DNA of 64,000 nt from an uncultured Nitrososphaeraceae archaeon (GTDB taxonomy: Archaea > Thermoproteota > Nitrososphaeria > Nitrososphaerales > Nitrososphaeraceae). This document shows positions 50,245-61,011 of the stretch, one piece after another (positions within the stretch are counted from its first letter, which is position 1; every line of letters begins with the position of its first letter). Made by a program: the position numbers and the translations under genes. The notes beneath the pieces are model-generated. The model saw only the letters and a list, made by a program, of their open reading frames with translations, did not search any database and was not told the origin of the DNA. The stretch covers positions 1-64,000 of the forward strand of contig CAVXZB010000036.1 of NCBI GenBank assembly GCA_963765895.1, given 5' to 3'.

Positions 50245-50682
50245 GGACCCTCTTTATCTTTTACCTCATCTTCTCGATATCTTTTCTCCCATCGTATAAA
50301 ATCTGTTATGTCGTCGAGTCCTAACAGTCTCTCTCGTAATGTTTGAACCTCTAATTCAGTGTTCGCTTTAGTACTGGCAATATCCTTTTTCCATTGCTGC
50401 CTTCTGAATATGAAATTCGGTGGGTAAGTTATCAACAAATTTCTCAAATCTTGTCGCTGTAAAAGAATGATCATTTAATACCTGCATGAATACTGTGGAA
50501 TGTTTGAAAAGTAGAGATAGCATAGCCAGTGAATCCCAACTGAGAAACTCCAGAAGAATCCGAGTTTCAGCATCAATATTCCTTGACTCGACCAGTTTAT
50601 TCTTAATATCATTTCGGCTCTTTATTAGATCATTCGAGATTTCTCGATAGTGTGAAACTATCTCGTCATCAAACACAACCAT
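50178..50682 (-). pseudogene. coiled-coil passenger protein, apparently frameshifted near 50385
   Basis: ORFs 50368-50682 and 50178-50474 join at an A-tract (AAMEK/DIAST); start overlaps the stop of the AbrB-like gene. Confidence 0.55.
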
Positions 50683-50918
50683 TAATATTCAGCCCTCTTG
50701 CGTCTTTGTTTCATAGAATACCGAGTTAGTTCTACGGAGCCAGTGTCATCAGATTTCTTTGAGACAATCGTCGTACGTTCGTTACCGGATGTATTCATCT
50801 TCCATTCTAATTCGTCTTTATCAGATAGTTCTAGAAACTCGGCTATGCCTTCTGGTATAGTGGTTTTAAGCGACTTCGTTCCCTTTTTTGCAGAAGCCAC
50901 TCTAGTAATCAATCCCAT
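50682..50918 (-). CDS. AbrB/MazE/SpoVT-type DNA-binding protein
   Basis: MGLITRVASAKKGTKSLKTTIPEGIAEFLELSDKDELEW; start reassigned to Met at 50918. Confidence 0.85.
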   Translation of the reverse strand: MGLITRVASAKKGTKSLKTTIPEGIAEFLELSDKDELEWKMNTSGNERTTIVSKKSDDTGSVELTRYSMKQRRKRAEY

Positions 50919-50932
50919 TATCAGTCGTCTAT

Positions 50933-50988
50933 TATATCGACCGATGGATATATTCTTATCCATCGAAGTATATATCGACCGATGGATA
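50933..50988. promoter_or_regulatory. operator-like repeats in the divergent abrB/transposase promoter
   Basis: 18-bp direct repeat TATATCGACCGATGGATA (50933-50950 and 50971-50988) with an inverted core TATCCATCG (50957-50965) between. Confidence 0.7.
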
Positions 50989-52097
50989 CGACGAATGAGA
51001 GAGAATCACTAGGTCGGATTATCGCTGATAAAGAGAAGGCTGTCAAGAGATACAGCGAATCTCGATATGTAGTTAACTCCCAGTCTGGAAAGGATAAATA
51101 CAAAGTCATTCTAACTAAGATCGGATGGACGTGTTCATGTCCTGACCATAAGTTTCGCGGAGTTAAATGTAAGCACATCTATACTGTCGAAATCTCTTGT
51201 GCTATACGTAGTCAAGTAGAGGTAACTCGAATTGAACCTATCGTTAACGTTCATGAATGCATTTATTGTAAGTCGCTGAACATCGTGAAAGATGGCTTAC
51301 GTCATAACAAAGCCAGCGATATTCAGAAGTTCAACTGCAAGTCATGTAGTAGATATTTCACTATTAACATAGGCTTTGAGAAGATGAAACATAATCCTCA
51401 AGGGATAGCTACGGCAATGCAGTTGTATTTCGCCGGCGAATCCCTACGTAATACCTCCCACTCATTGAAACTAATTGGAATGGATGTAACGCATCAGACA
51501 GTGTTCAATTGGATCAAGAAATACACAACGCTCATGCAGACATATCTTAATCGAATAACATCCAACGTTGGTAACGCTTGGAGAACAGACGAATTGTATG
51601 TGAAGTTCAAGGGTAATATGAAATACATGTATGCATTGATGGATGATGAAACGCGTTTCTGGATAGCGCAACAAGTTGCAGACACAAAGTTTACCGCTGA
51701 CGTAAGACTGCTATTTAGAAAGGCAAAGGAGATTGCCGGCAAAAGGCCGACAGTATTGATAAGCGATGGCGCAAGGAACTACGACGATACATATAGACAC
51801 GAATTCGCTACCATTAGAAGCCCGCGGACTAGACATATTCGCCATATTCGATTACAAGGCGATCATAATAATAACAAGATGAAAAGGCTGAACGGAGAGG
51901 TTAGAGACAGAGAGAAAGTTATGAGAGGTCTGAAGAAGATGGATACTCCAATTCTTACTGGGTATCAGTTATTTCATAATTATATCAGACCTCATATGGC
52001 ATTGGAAGGAAAGACTCCGGCTGAAGTTAGTGGAATTGAGATTGGAGGTGAGAATAAACGGAAGACGATTATAGAGAATGCATCTAAAGATCTCTAA
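50982..52097 (+). CDS. IS6-family DDE transposase with N-terminal SWIM finger and Zn ribbon
   Basis: CSCPDH...CKH (SWIM), CIYC...CKSC, HTH, WRTDELYV, ISDGA; NNKMKRLN has Lys where the catalytic Glu is expected. Confidence 0.92.
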   Translation: MDTTNERESLGRIIADKEKAVKRYSESRYVVNSQSGKDKYKVILTKIGWTCSCPDHKFRGVKCKHIYTVEISCAIRSQVEVTRIEPIVNVHECIYCKSLNIVKDGLRHNKASDIQKFNCKSCSRYFTINIGFEKMKHNPQGIATAMQLYFAGESLRNTSHSLKLIGMDVTHQTVFNWIKKYTTLMQTYLNRITSNVGNAWRTDELYVKFKGNMKYMYALMDDETRFWIAQQVADTKFTADVRLLFRKAKEIAGKRPTVLISDGARNYDDTYRHEFATIRSPRTRHIRHIRLQGDHNNNKMKRLNGEVRDREKVMRGLKKMDTPILTGYQLFHNYIRPHMALEGKTPAEVSGIEIGGENKRKTIIENASKDL

Positions 52098-52750
52098 GTC
52101 TGCGCTTCTCAAACCAACTTAGTTTTCTCATACTCAATCTATTCCATTGAGTGTCGACATGTAATCTAAAGTATCCTCGACAACTTACATTTCCAGATGT
52201 TACAGTTATTTTTATATCATAATCAGCCGGCGAATATCCATTTTCAACAATCCTTGGTGTTTGTGCTGTAAGCGCTGCTGTGGATGAGATGACAGCATGT
52301 TTCGGCGGAGGCGGATCTACCGATATTGTTGGAAAACTAGAGTCAGAAAATACAACGTGCACTAACTCTCTAGATTTCGGGTTAATGTCTTTTCCCGGCT
52401 CTATATTTTCATTAACCCCATCAACAGACCCTTCCCAGCCGAGTATCACTTCTTGTATTGCTGGATACGGTTGGTCTACTGTGGGTATTGTTATCAATCT
52501 TGCCTCACAGTTAGTAGCAGTTTCTCCACCAAAATTTCTTACGTGGACTCTTAGATAAGTTCTCGAAGTTTAGGTATTAGTATATGTTCTCTGCAGTGCA
52601 TAAATGGCCGGAAGTTTAGCTTCATCATGCTGAATCTCTAGTTTCGGTTTTCTAAAAAACCGGCTCGGCGTTTCCGGCAGTAAGTGTGGACGCAATTATT
52701 GCTAACCCAGTTTTGATTTCACTTGGAATCGAGTCTGTTTCCGCGTTCAT
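52084..52750 (-). pseudogene. beta-rich passenger protein, probably membrane-anchored; 5' part disrupted
   Basis: Upstream frames give GLAIIASTLTAG, RKPKLEI and YLRVHVRNFGGETATNCEARL leading into the 137-aa track ORF. Confidence 0.6.
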
Positions 52751-52976
52751 CAATAACGATATTGAAACGGGATTTATAAGATTCTATCGATAACATCTCA
52801 ACATCCGACGCTTTTTTACAGTCTTTTACCCGACGCAGACTTGACAGAACCCAATTTTTCATTAGAAATGCAAAGCTGTCAGTTTATATTTTTAGTGCTT
52901 AATGCTTTCACAACATACCAAATGATAAATAGATAGATAGAATTTTATCAAGCTTTAACGTCTACAGCTTAAGGAT

Positions 52977-53441
52977 GTGAACTTGGAAAGGAGGGCTATT
53001 AACCGATATAGATTACCTGTCCCGAAGAATTTCTTGGAAAGAGTAGATGTTACCTCCTCCCCAGCTCATATAGGAACACTCCGAAATGCAATAGATTTCC
53101 TCGTTCCTGAAAATACTCCAGTGCTTGCTGCGACTAGCGGTATGGTTACTTATGTTAAAGACGATTCCAACGTTGGTGGGCCTAATCCAGTTTATTGGAA
53201 CTATACGAACTTTATAACTATTATGCATGCCAATGAAGAATATTCAAGGTATGATCATTTGGCACCTCGAAGCTCAGAAGTCAAAGTGGGCGAAACTGTT
53301 ACCGAAGGGCAAGTGATCGCGGAAGTGGGTATGACAGGATATACATTCCGACCACATCTTCACTTTCAGGTCTTTGTTTATACTGGATCTAATATCTGGA
53401 CAGATTTTGACACTGTATATATTCAAGAGTTTAGGTCATGA
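52977..53441 (+). CDS. M23 family metallopeptidase
   Basis: H...AIDF, TPVLAATSG.V, YDHL, VKVGETV..GQVIA.VGMTG...PHLHF. Confidence 0.9.
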   Translation: MNLERRAINRYRLPVPKNFLERVDVTSSPAHIGTLRNAIDFLVPENTPVLAATSGMVTYVKDDSNVGGPNPVYWNYTNFITIMHANEEYSRYDHLAPRSSEVKVGETVTEGQVIAEVGMTGYTFRPHLHFQVFVYTGSNIWTDFDTVYIQEFRS

Positions 53442-53743
53442 GTAGACACTTTAATTTCAATTTCTATAATTAACGATCATTATCATTTTTCTTCTTGCTT
53501 CTTTTGGCAGCTAACTTACGATTTACCAAAGTCTGTAATCGCGACGTTTGTAAACTGCTCCATCACTATTAAAATTAAACTAGGAAGTACTATTAGAGTG
53601 AATAAAAAAGCTACCGATCAACATAAATGCAAAAATAAAAAAGAAGAGATTGCATAGCATTATGTAAATAAATAAATAAATACGACATCTGCAGTTGCCT
53701 TGTCCATCTAAAACGTAATGTTTACAGCAGCAAGCAAGCATTA

Positions 53744-54985
53744 CTATCTTCTTCTAGATAATAATTCATTAAATATGGTTTTAAACCCATCGATATAGTG
53801 TGAATTAGAGAATTTATTTATACCATTTCTCATCTTGATTCGTTCTGTATCTGGCAGATGGTTAAAAATACAAGTTATAATTTCCGCAGCGTGCTCTATT
53901 GTATTAAATTGATATTCTTGTGGAACAAACTCAGCAGGGCCACTGTCTTTTGGGACCACTGGGATTAGTCCAGCAGCCATAGCCTCTACTACTGTCATAC
54001 CAAAATGTTCTCCTACCATTGGATGAAAATATATTCTTGATTTTTGTATGATAGAAAGAAGCTTATCCAAGCTAGCATTAACTTCAAATGTAACATAGTC
54101 AGTCAAACCAAGTTCCAGAATCATCTGTTTGAGCCCTAAGTAATAATCAAGAAAATAATGGTAGAGGTTTCCAACAATTTTCATTCCTTTGGCTATATTG
54201 TTATCTTTTAATACTTTTGCAAGTTTGATTGCATTTTCAAGCTTCTTATGAGGGGCGATTCTGGCTATTACAAGAATGATATCATTTCTTTCATTATCGC
54301 AATTTGCCATCAATGTACAATTACGAAAAGTCTCAACATCTATCGGCGGGCTGAGTATGTAAATATTGTCTAATCCTAATGCATTAATTATTGCCCTACG
54401 ACTGAATTCAGAATTAGTAATCACTGTAGAGTTTCTCATCAAGTTCCAATATCCATAGTTTATTATTTCAAAACATTCATTTTTTCTGCGAACCAGAACC
54501 TTAGTTTTTAAATGCTTGGAATTATTGATATTTTGATAATCCATATTATCTAAAAAGCCATTTGAGCTTTCTGTCATACCAAGATCTGTTTTTAGATAAT
54601 CAATATTTTCAAATTCTATATGAAATTTTGTACTAGGAAAGTGACAGTAAGTAATAGAATTATCTTTTGAAAAAGATGAATGATAGTAAGGAGCTGCATC
54701 GCCGTTAGTATTTATTGTAATATCATAATCGTACTCTTTATGATGTTGCTGTCGCTGTTGCTGGAGTTCTTCCATTATATTTATGACATTAATTTTGTTT
54801 GTGCTTTTCATAACTGAGACAAGATTTTTACCATATGAATTTTCTAATTTTGATATATTAGGGGTCTTCAAGGTTGTAACATCAAAGTCAATTCCGATTT
54901 CTAATAATGCCTGCATAGTCACAAGTGACACTCTTTCAGCACCTCCACAGGGATTAAAATCTCCATGTATAACATTTGCTTTCAT
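53744..54985 (-). CDS. GT4 glycosyltransferase (Alg11-like)
   Basis: GGAERV, YCHFP, NSEFS, EHFGMTVVEAMAAG. Confidence 0.9.
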   Translation of the reverse strand: MKANVIHGDFNPCGGAERVSLVTMQALLEIGIDFDVTTLKTPNISKLENSYGKNLVSVMKSTNKINVINIMEELQQQRQQHHKEYDYDITINTNGDAAPYYHSSFSKDNSITYCHFPSTKFHIEFENIDYLKTDLGMTESSNGFLDNMDYQNINNSKHLKTKVLVRRKNECFEIINYGYWNLMRNSTVITNSEFSRRAIINALGLDNIYILSPPIDVETFRNCTLMANCDNERNDIILVIARIAPHKKLENAIKLAKVLKDNNIAKGMKIVGNLYHYFLDYYLGLKQMILELGLTDYVTFEVNASLDKLLSIIQKSRIYFHPMVGEHFGMTVVEAMAAGLIPVVPKDSGPAEFVPQEYQFNTIEHAAEIITCIFNHLPDTERIKMRNGINKFSNSHYIDGFKTIFNELLSRRR

Positions 54986-55518
54986 ATTAGACAGCCTATT
55001 CTACAAAAGACCAAATTCTGTCACCATCTTTTTCATTGGTATTTTCTCTTTCTTCATCAGGCCACAAAGTATATAGAGATAAGCATTACACGAGATAGGT
55101 CTGTATAGTTAAGATCACTTCTCCACGTAGTGAATTAAGTCATAATGGATATGTATAACGGATATCAACCTTGCCACAAGTTTCCAGCTTGCAAGTTAAG
55201 CCGATAAGATCTAATCAAAACCAAAAGAATATATTAGTTAGTCAAATTCGGGGCTATTCATATTTACTAATGATGATGGGATAGTCAGTCAGGAATAAGC
55301 GATGCAGTATATGGATCTTCAACAATCTTCGATTTGAGGGATAATAAAGTGTAAACCATAAGCGGTCTCTGTAATTATTATTAAACATCAATGCATATAC
55401 TGATTGGTGTTCGCAAACGAAAGTATTGGTTATAAGTAGCCCTAATTTACCTACTCCGCCTCCCGATTAATTTCATCTCGAAACTTGAAGATCGAATGGA
55501 GGTCTGGAAGCCATAGTT

Positions 55519-56535
55519 ATGTGGGTTTCTAAAAATATAGCCAGAAAATCTCATGATGTGACTTTGATATCATCTAGAGGTTCTTCAGGTAAGGTAAAAG
55601 AACTGCCATCCAATCTACACATAATAGAAACGATAAAACCTTCTTGGGAAGGAATGGCTGCTGAAGAAGCACACTATCTCAGGTACAAGGAACTTCTGGA
55701 GAAAGAATATGGAAGTGGAAATGGAATAGTATGGGATAATACATGGCACTGCTTTTCCTATCTGTCAGCAAAGAAATTTCCAAAGATGAAAATAATTCAT
55801 ACTAATCATGGTACCGTAGAACGCCAAAAAGTTCCGGTTAAACAATTGCGATATCCTAGGTATATTGGACTATCTAGTCTTCATGCTAAATATATGTCGT
55901 CTATTCTTAAAATACCAGTTAGGTATGTTCATCATGGAATTCCTCTACCTCCGATAGAGGAACTAAAAAGTAATTATAACAATAAGAACGGAGGGTACCT
56001 TCTCTCGATAAATAGAATAGTCAGAGAAAAAGGAATTGAAGACTCTATTGATTTAGCTATTAGAACAAGAAATGCTATAAAAATAGCTGGTGACGATATT
56101 CATGTACGAGATCTTTCATATGTACAAATGATAAGAGAAAAATGCCAAAATTCCAATGGTTTGGCAGAGTACATTGGACTTGTAGACAATAAAACAAAGG
56201 CAGAATTAATTAAGAAATGTAAAGCTGTTATTGCTTGCCCTAAGCCCACCTGGATAGAGGCATTTGGATTATATGCTGTAGAAGCTAATGCTTATGGTAA
56301 ACCGGTACTTGCTCGAGCTAATGGAGGACTAAACGATATAATTGTAAACCAAATCAATGGATTTCTAGCTAGAACTCCACGAGAGTTAGAAGAATATGTT
56401 GAGAAGATCCACGAATGTTCGCCAGAATCTTGTAGAGACAGGGTTGAAAGGCATTTTACAGATGAAATAATGACTAAAAATTATCTTCAGATCTTCGATA
56501 AAGTAATAGAAGACGAGCCCACCTTTCGATGGTAG
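55519..56535 (+). CDS. GT4 glycosyltransferase; N-terminus probably disrupted upstream
   Basis: RIVREKG, EAFGLYAVEANAYGKPV; upstream fragment VLVISSPNLPTPPPD* near 55420-55470. Confidence 0.85.
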   Translation: MWVSKNIARKSHDVTLISSRGSSGKVKELPSNLHIIETIKPSWEGMAAEEAHYLRYKELLEKEYGSGNGIVWDNTWHCFSYLSAKKFPKMKIIHTNHGTVERQKVPVKQLRYPRYIGLSSLHAKYMSSILKIPVRYVHHGIPLPPIEELKSNYNNKNGGYLLSINRIVREKGIEDSIDLAIRTRNAIKIAGDDIHVRDLSYVQMIREKCQNSNGLAEYIGLVDNKTKAELIKKCKAVIACPKPTWIEAFGLYAVEANAYGKPVLARANGGLNDIIVNQINGFLARTPRELEEYVEKIHECSPESCRDRVERHFTDEIMTKNYLQIFDKVIEDEPTFRW

Positions 56536-56971
56536 TAAAGAAGAGGATTGAATTAACAATCGAATTTTTATCTTCAAAATCTTAAAGGCTAAGCGGCCAT
56601 TCATTATTAAATATGTCTTAAAGAAAATTAACTACTATACAAATAGTTGATTTACATAGAAGAAATACATAGTATTAAGATCTTTCAAATTCCAGAAGAT
56701 GAATATCCAAAGTAAAAGGCTTACGTTTAAGACCAATCAAATGTTTTAGATTGTTACTATACGGGCCGTGGTAGTAAGGGGTATTTACTAGCGATACATA
56801 CCCAAGAGGATGAAATAGTGATAATAAGCAAGTTGAAATACGGTTTGGTTAATACAAAACAGAAACACCCAGCTACTAAATTGTAGCTCATCTCAGTAAG
56901 AGGTCCTACACAAGCTATGGATAGACCTCTAAACTTTAATACCAAGTATTTTAAGACAAAATGCGAAAGGA

Positions 56972-58108
56972 TTATTGACAGGATATATGATACCAATAAT
57001 AATAACAAAGATGTATTATGATAATAATGAAATTCATAAAAAGGCAGAAGATTGTTATATTTTCTCCACGATCGGACGGCCAGAATTGCGAGCAATAAAT
57101 AAAGCCTTCGTATTCAAGTTGCGCTGCTTTATTTAATAGCTCATCAGCTAGTTCGTTTTCCATTTCTCGCTTCATAGATTGGGCCAATCTTTTATAGAAT
57201 TTTGCTTTAATCGTGGGTATTTCCTCAGGCTTTAGGATACCTCTTGCAAGCGCAATTTCAATTGCCTTGGAAAACCCATCAGTATCAACTCTTGCTTTTA
57301 TTTGATTAAAATTGCTCTGACCTATTCTGGTTCTTGAAGTTTGATATTTCATAAAACTTGGTATTCTGTATTTAGTCGGGATTGATGAAGTATATTTAAA
57401 GTTGGCTCCAAAAGCTGACATTCTCATCCAAGAATGAAAGTCTTCTGACGCTTTCTCATCCGGGAAAGGGCATTGATATGCAAATTTTGTACGTACAGCT
57501 GTAGAGGAGGTTATATTAGTAATCCCAGTTTCTGTTCCCATTTTTATCCAGATGTTATTGCCTTCCAAGGGGTTCTGCATATGAGATTCCAATATTTCTA
57601 AAATCGGTGAAGAAATTTTTTCAGCAGGTGTTAATCTATTATTCTCATCTATTACTTCAAAGGTAGAATATACTACATCGATTTGAGGCTGTTCCAAAAA
57701 TATTTTCTTGACCACTTCCAGCCGCTTTGGGTGAGATATGTCATCTGAATCATTAAAAAGTATTATACTATGATTACGTTCTAATGCTGCGAGAATCCCT
57801 ACATTTCTACTTACTCCAGGACCCACATTTCGCTCCAAAAAAATGATGTCAATCTTTGGATAGTAATTTTGCTTTAATTTCATCAAGTAATCGTAGTTTT
57901 CTTTACTAAGATGCATATCGACTACAATAATTGCACTCCAGTCTTCATCAGTTTGTAAAAACAATCCTTCGATTGTATCAGCAATTACTAGCTTTTTTCT
58001 GTCATGTTGATCATCATATCCATTTGCATGATATGGAATAATAAATGCACTGGAAAGCTCTTTACTATTGCTTGTTTTTATCATTTTGAGCTTGTTACTC
58101 CTCCTCAT
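56972..58108 (-). CDS. GT2 glycosyltransferase
   Basis: FIIPY, NVGPGVSRNVG, FNDSDD, SEDF. Confidence 0.88.
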   Translation of the reverse strand: MRRSNKLKMIKTSNSKELSSAFIIPYHANGYDDQHDRKKLVIADTIEGLFLQTDEDWSAIIVVDMHLSKENYDYLMKLKQNYYPKIDIIFLERNVGPGVSRNVGILAALERNHSIILFNDSDDISHPKRLEVVKKIFLEQPQIDVVYSTFEVIDENNRLTPAEKISSPILEILESHMQNPLEGNNIWIKMGTETGITNITSSTAVRTKFAYQCPFPDEKASEDFHSWMRMSAFGANFKYTSSIPTKYRIPSFMKYQTSRTRIGQSNFNQIKARVDTDGFSKAIEIALARGILKPEEIPTIKAKFYKRLAQSMKREMENELADELLNKAAQLEYEGFIYCSQFWPSDRGENITIFCLFMNFIIIIIHLCYYYWYHISCQ

Positions 58109-58160
58109 CCTCTATTTTTTCAGCTAACTATAATCTATAATTCTGTAACTACCCTACTTT

Positions 58161-59153
58161 CTAACCTCTAACCTGAGGAATTATCTCTTTTGAAAGTAGC
58201 CTTACCAAATTGTTTCTGTCAGGGCTGGAGTTAATTAATACTATATCAGTAAATCCTATCTCGGTATATTGTTTTATTCTCTTTATACCTTCTTCTGCAT
58301 TTGATACGACAAATGCCATTTGCTGCATTGTATCATCCCCTACTACCTGACCATTTTCCTGTATTTCTCGGGGGTCATGGACATCTACTTCGAAAAATGC
58401 CTTTATCATTGCACCTTTCCAAAAGGCAATTGACTTGATCGCCTTCTCTTTATCTTGGTCATAGGAGGCCGGTATAAATACTGCTTTTGTTAATAAATTA
58501 TAATCTTTTCCGGATTTCTCTGCGCCTTCTCTGAATGCTGGTAAGACTTTATTCTTTAGATTTTCCAAATCAAGCTCATTTGTTACTAGCCCATCACCTT
58601 CTTCACCAGCTAGCATAGCTGACTGTGGTTTCATGGCTGCCACAAACAAGGGAATTGGCTTCTGAGGCTTGGTATATAGATTAGAATTCTTAACCCAATA
58701 GTACTTGCCATAAAAATTAACCCATTCTTCTGTCCATAGTTTTTTGATAAGAGCTATTGCTTCCTTTAATCTTTCGAATCTTTCCATATTTGATGGCCAA
58801 TTGTTTCCAGAGGGAATTTCATTTACTGCTTCTCCTGTTCCAACAGTTAAAAACACCCTATTTGGAAACATGTATCCTAACGTAGAAAATGCTTGAGCTA
58901 CAATTGCAGGATGATATCTTAGTATTGGTGCTGTTACGGAAGTTCCAACATGTATCTTATTCGTCTTGGCTAGCGCTGCTCCTAACCATGGCCAAGTGGC
59001 GCCGGCAAACCCTCCATCATGCCACCAAGGCATATAATGGTCACTAACCCAACATCTTTCTAAACCGCCTTCTTCCATAGTTATGACATCAGATAACAGA
59101 TCAATTGCATTCACTTGTTCCTGAGATGCCATAATACCAATTCTTATAGCCAA
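58161..59153 (-). CDS. F420-dependent LLM-class oxidoreductase (G6PDH-F420-like)
   Basis: SQEQ, SDHYMPW, GTSVTAP..RYHPA, GTGEAVNE. Confidence 0.92.
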   Translation of the reverse strand: MAIRIGIMASQEQVNAIDLLSDVITMEEGGLERCWVSDHYMPWWHDGGFAGATWPWLGAALAKTNKIHVGTSVTAPILRYHPAIVAQAFSTLGYMFPNRVFLTVGTGEAVNEIPSGNNWPSNMERFERLKEAIALIKKLWTEEWVNFYGKYYWVKNSNLYTKPQKPIPLFVAAMKPQSAMLAGEEGDGLVTNELDLENLKNKVLPAFREGAEKSGKDYNLLTKAVFIPASYDQDKEKAIKSIAFWKGAMIKAFFEVDVHDPREIQENGQVVGDDTMQQMAFVVSNAEEGIKRIKQYTEIGFTDIVLINSSPDRNNLVRLLSKEIIPQVRG

Positions 59154-59719
59154 ATTACATTATCAATGCTAATAGCATATCGCACTGTCCTCTCATTTCC
59201 CTAAGTATACAATATTATATAAATTACTTATAGTATATCCAAAATGATAGTAATATCACGATTACTATTTTTTAGTTCTCCGTCATTAATGTTATAGAAA
59301 CTGATTCTAATTATGCTAAATTTACCTACAGTCCATCTCATTAAGAGCAAGTATAACATACCAACCTTGATATTAAAAAATATAGCCCAGCATTAATTGT
59401 GATCCAGTCAAGACAGCCTGGATGGAATAGTGATGAAAATGATTAGCGTGATTGAGATAAGTCCTAATAATAATGTAAACTATTTTAGCTGATCACTGGC
59501 TAATCCACCTAATACAAGTTAGAAAATGAACGTATAGGAGAAGGATGTACCATACCTCTTTAATATTGGTAAGAGTCACAAATTAATGGTTAATTCTAGT
59601 TGATAGTTTTGATTGACTTACAGTAGTAAGGACTATAGATATATTTTATGATAATCAATCTCGGACCATACATACCCTAATTTTACTCTATTCAATAAAT
59701 AAGTGCTGGTATTTTATGT

Positions 59720-59962
59720 CTACTGCGTCAATTTCTCTTGTTTTGCTTCTTTTGCTAATGCCTCTCGCAACATCTGCAAATGTCTAGTTCGATCTTGCTT
59801 TATCGTGTTCCACATATCTACAAGATCCGATCTGTTTTCTTTTTCTGCATCAGACTTGTAGGTATCTACAGTAGAGTAGAGAAACTGAGCCTCTTTACCA
59901 AGAGCTATTAGTATATTAAATGTCGTATTTTCTAATCCTGTTGTTTGATGTTTTGTATCCAT
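59720..59962 (-). CDS. small two-helix (half-ferritin-like) protein
   Basis: Y..DAEKE...W..I.QD..RHL.ML pattern. Confidence 0.7.
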   Translation of the reverse strand: MDTKHQTTGLENTTFNILIALGKEAQFLYSTVDTYKSDAEKENRSDLVDMWNTIKQDRTRHLQMLREALAKEAKQEKLTQ

Positions 59963-60696
59963 AGTGGGTGTCTGTATTCAAGACAATAAGACTAAAAACA
60001 GTTATAGTAAGGTCATTGTTCTTTACAATAGGCCTATTGGTTTATAACATCATTATACTGATAGAATATGATTTATATGTTGATCCTTATTCAATTATTT
60101 AAACACAAATAACTAGAACATAATTATTTATCTGTGTATGTGTGGCTCACAACTTCCAATCAGTCTGCAGTCATTATTTGTTTGAAGATGAATATCAAAT
60201 TCAGTAGGATCTTTATATTCATGCTTTCTATACCTAACCTATACCGGTTATCATTAGAGTTTGTCTAATCTTATCCACCGTTTCATAGTAAGCGTACAAT
60301 ACTATCCTATTATCCTCAAATGACACCTCACAATAATTAGAATAACTCTCTATGGGCCAACATAGATCTGTGTAAAGGAGGATATTGTGCTATCCATGTT
60401 CTGTCATATTGAATAAGAATAGTAATCATCTAGTCCTCGTCTCTTTTACTGATATCTCATAATCTAAGGTAACATGAGTACAGACTTTAGTCTAAAAGAA
60501 AAATTTCAATTTCTAAATTTCTTAGATACATTATTTTTTATGCAGTAGACACAACCAAAAATGTAAGTTTGCAATGATCACCATCAGCTCCTTTATTTTG
60601 ACGACTAGTACAAGTAGTAAATTTTATTGTAGTCCAACAAATCTGTTACAAACAGCAAAGTTCGTACAAATGTATCTGTTCTCAATATACTAATAG

Positions 60697-61011
60697 TTAC
60701 ACTATAAGCACTTGTTTTACTGTACTTGCTTTAATATCCCTGATTGCTTGAGTTAGTATCGAATTACAGCAAGGGCAGCGTAATATGTCGGTCTTGGTAG
60801 CAGTGATAAATTCACATATCCTACAGCGCTTCAGGCCAAGATCTTTGTGTTTAATCGTATAACGTTTGGCTAGGCTTGATTTCATCCTTGATTTGACTGT
60901 ATATAGTTTATTCATACTACTGCGCCAGAATGTATAGTTCTCTTTGTTTTGTAGTAACTTGATTGAGAAGCATTCGCTCCTACATAAACCGTTACATTGT
61001 CTTGGACCCAT
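60697..61011 (-). CDS. small Cys-rich Zn-ribbon protein
   Basis: CNGLC...KRCRICE...CPCCNSIL. Confidence 0.6.
   Translation of the reverse strand: MGPRQCNGLCRSECFSIKLLQNKENYTFWRSSMNKLYTVKSRMKSSLAKRYTIKHKDLGLKRCRICEFITATKTDILRCPCCNSILTQAIRDIKASTVKQVLIV

Larger units (their letters stand above)
49961..52851 (+). mobile_element. IS6-family cargo-carrying transposon (2,891 bp)
   Basis: TIR GGTTCTGTCAACTCTCCGTCGG (49961-49982) vs 52830-52851 (20/22); inner IRs at 50000-50020 and 52803-52823; perfect TSD CAATTTTT (49953-49960 and 52852-52859). Confidence 0.93.
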
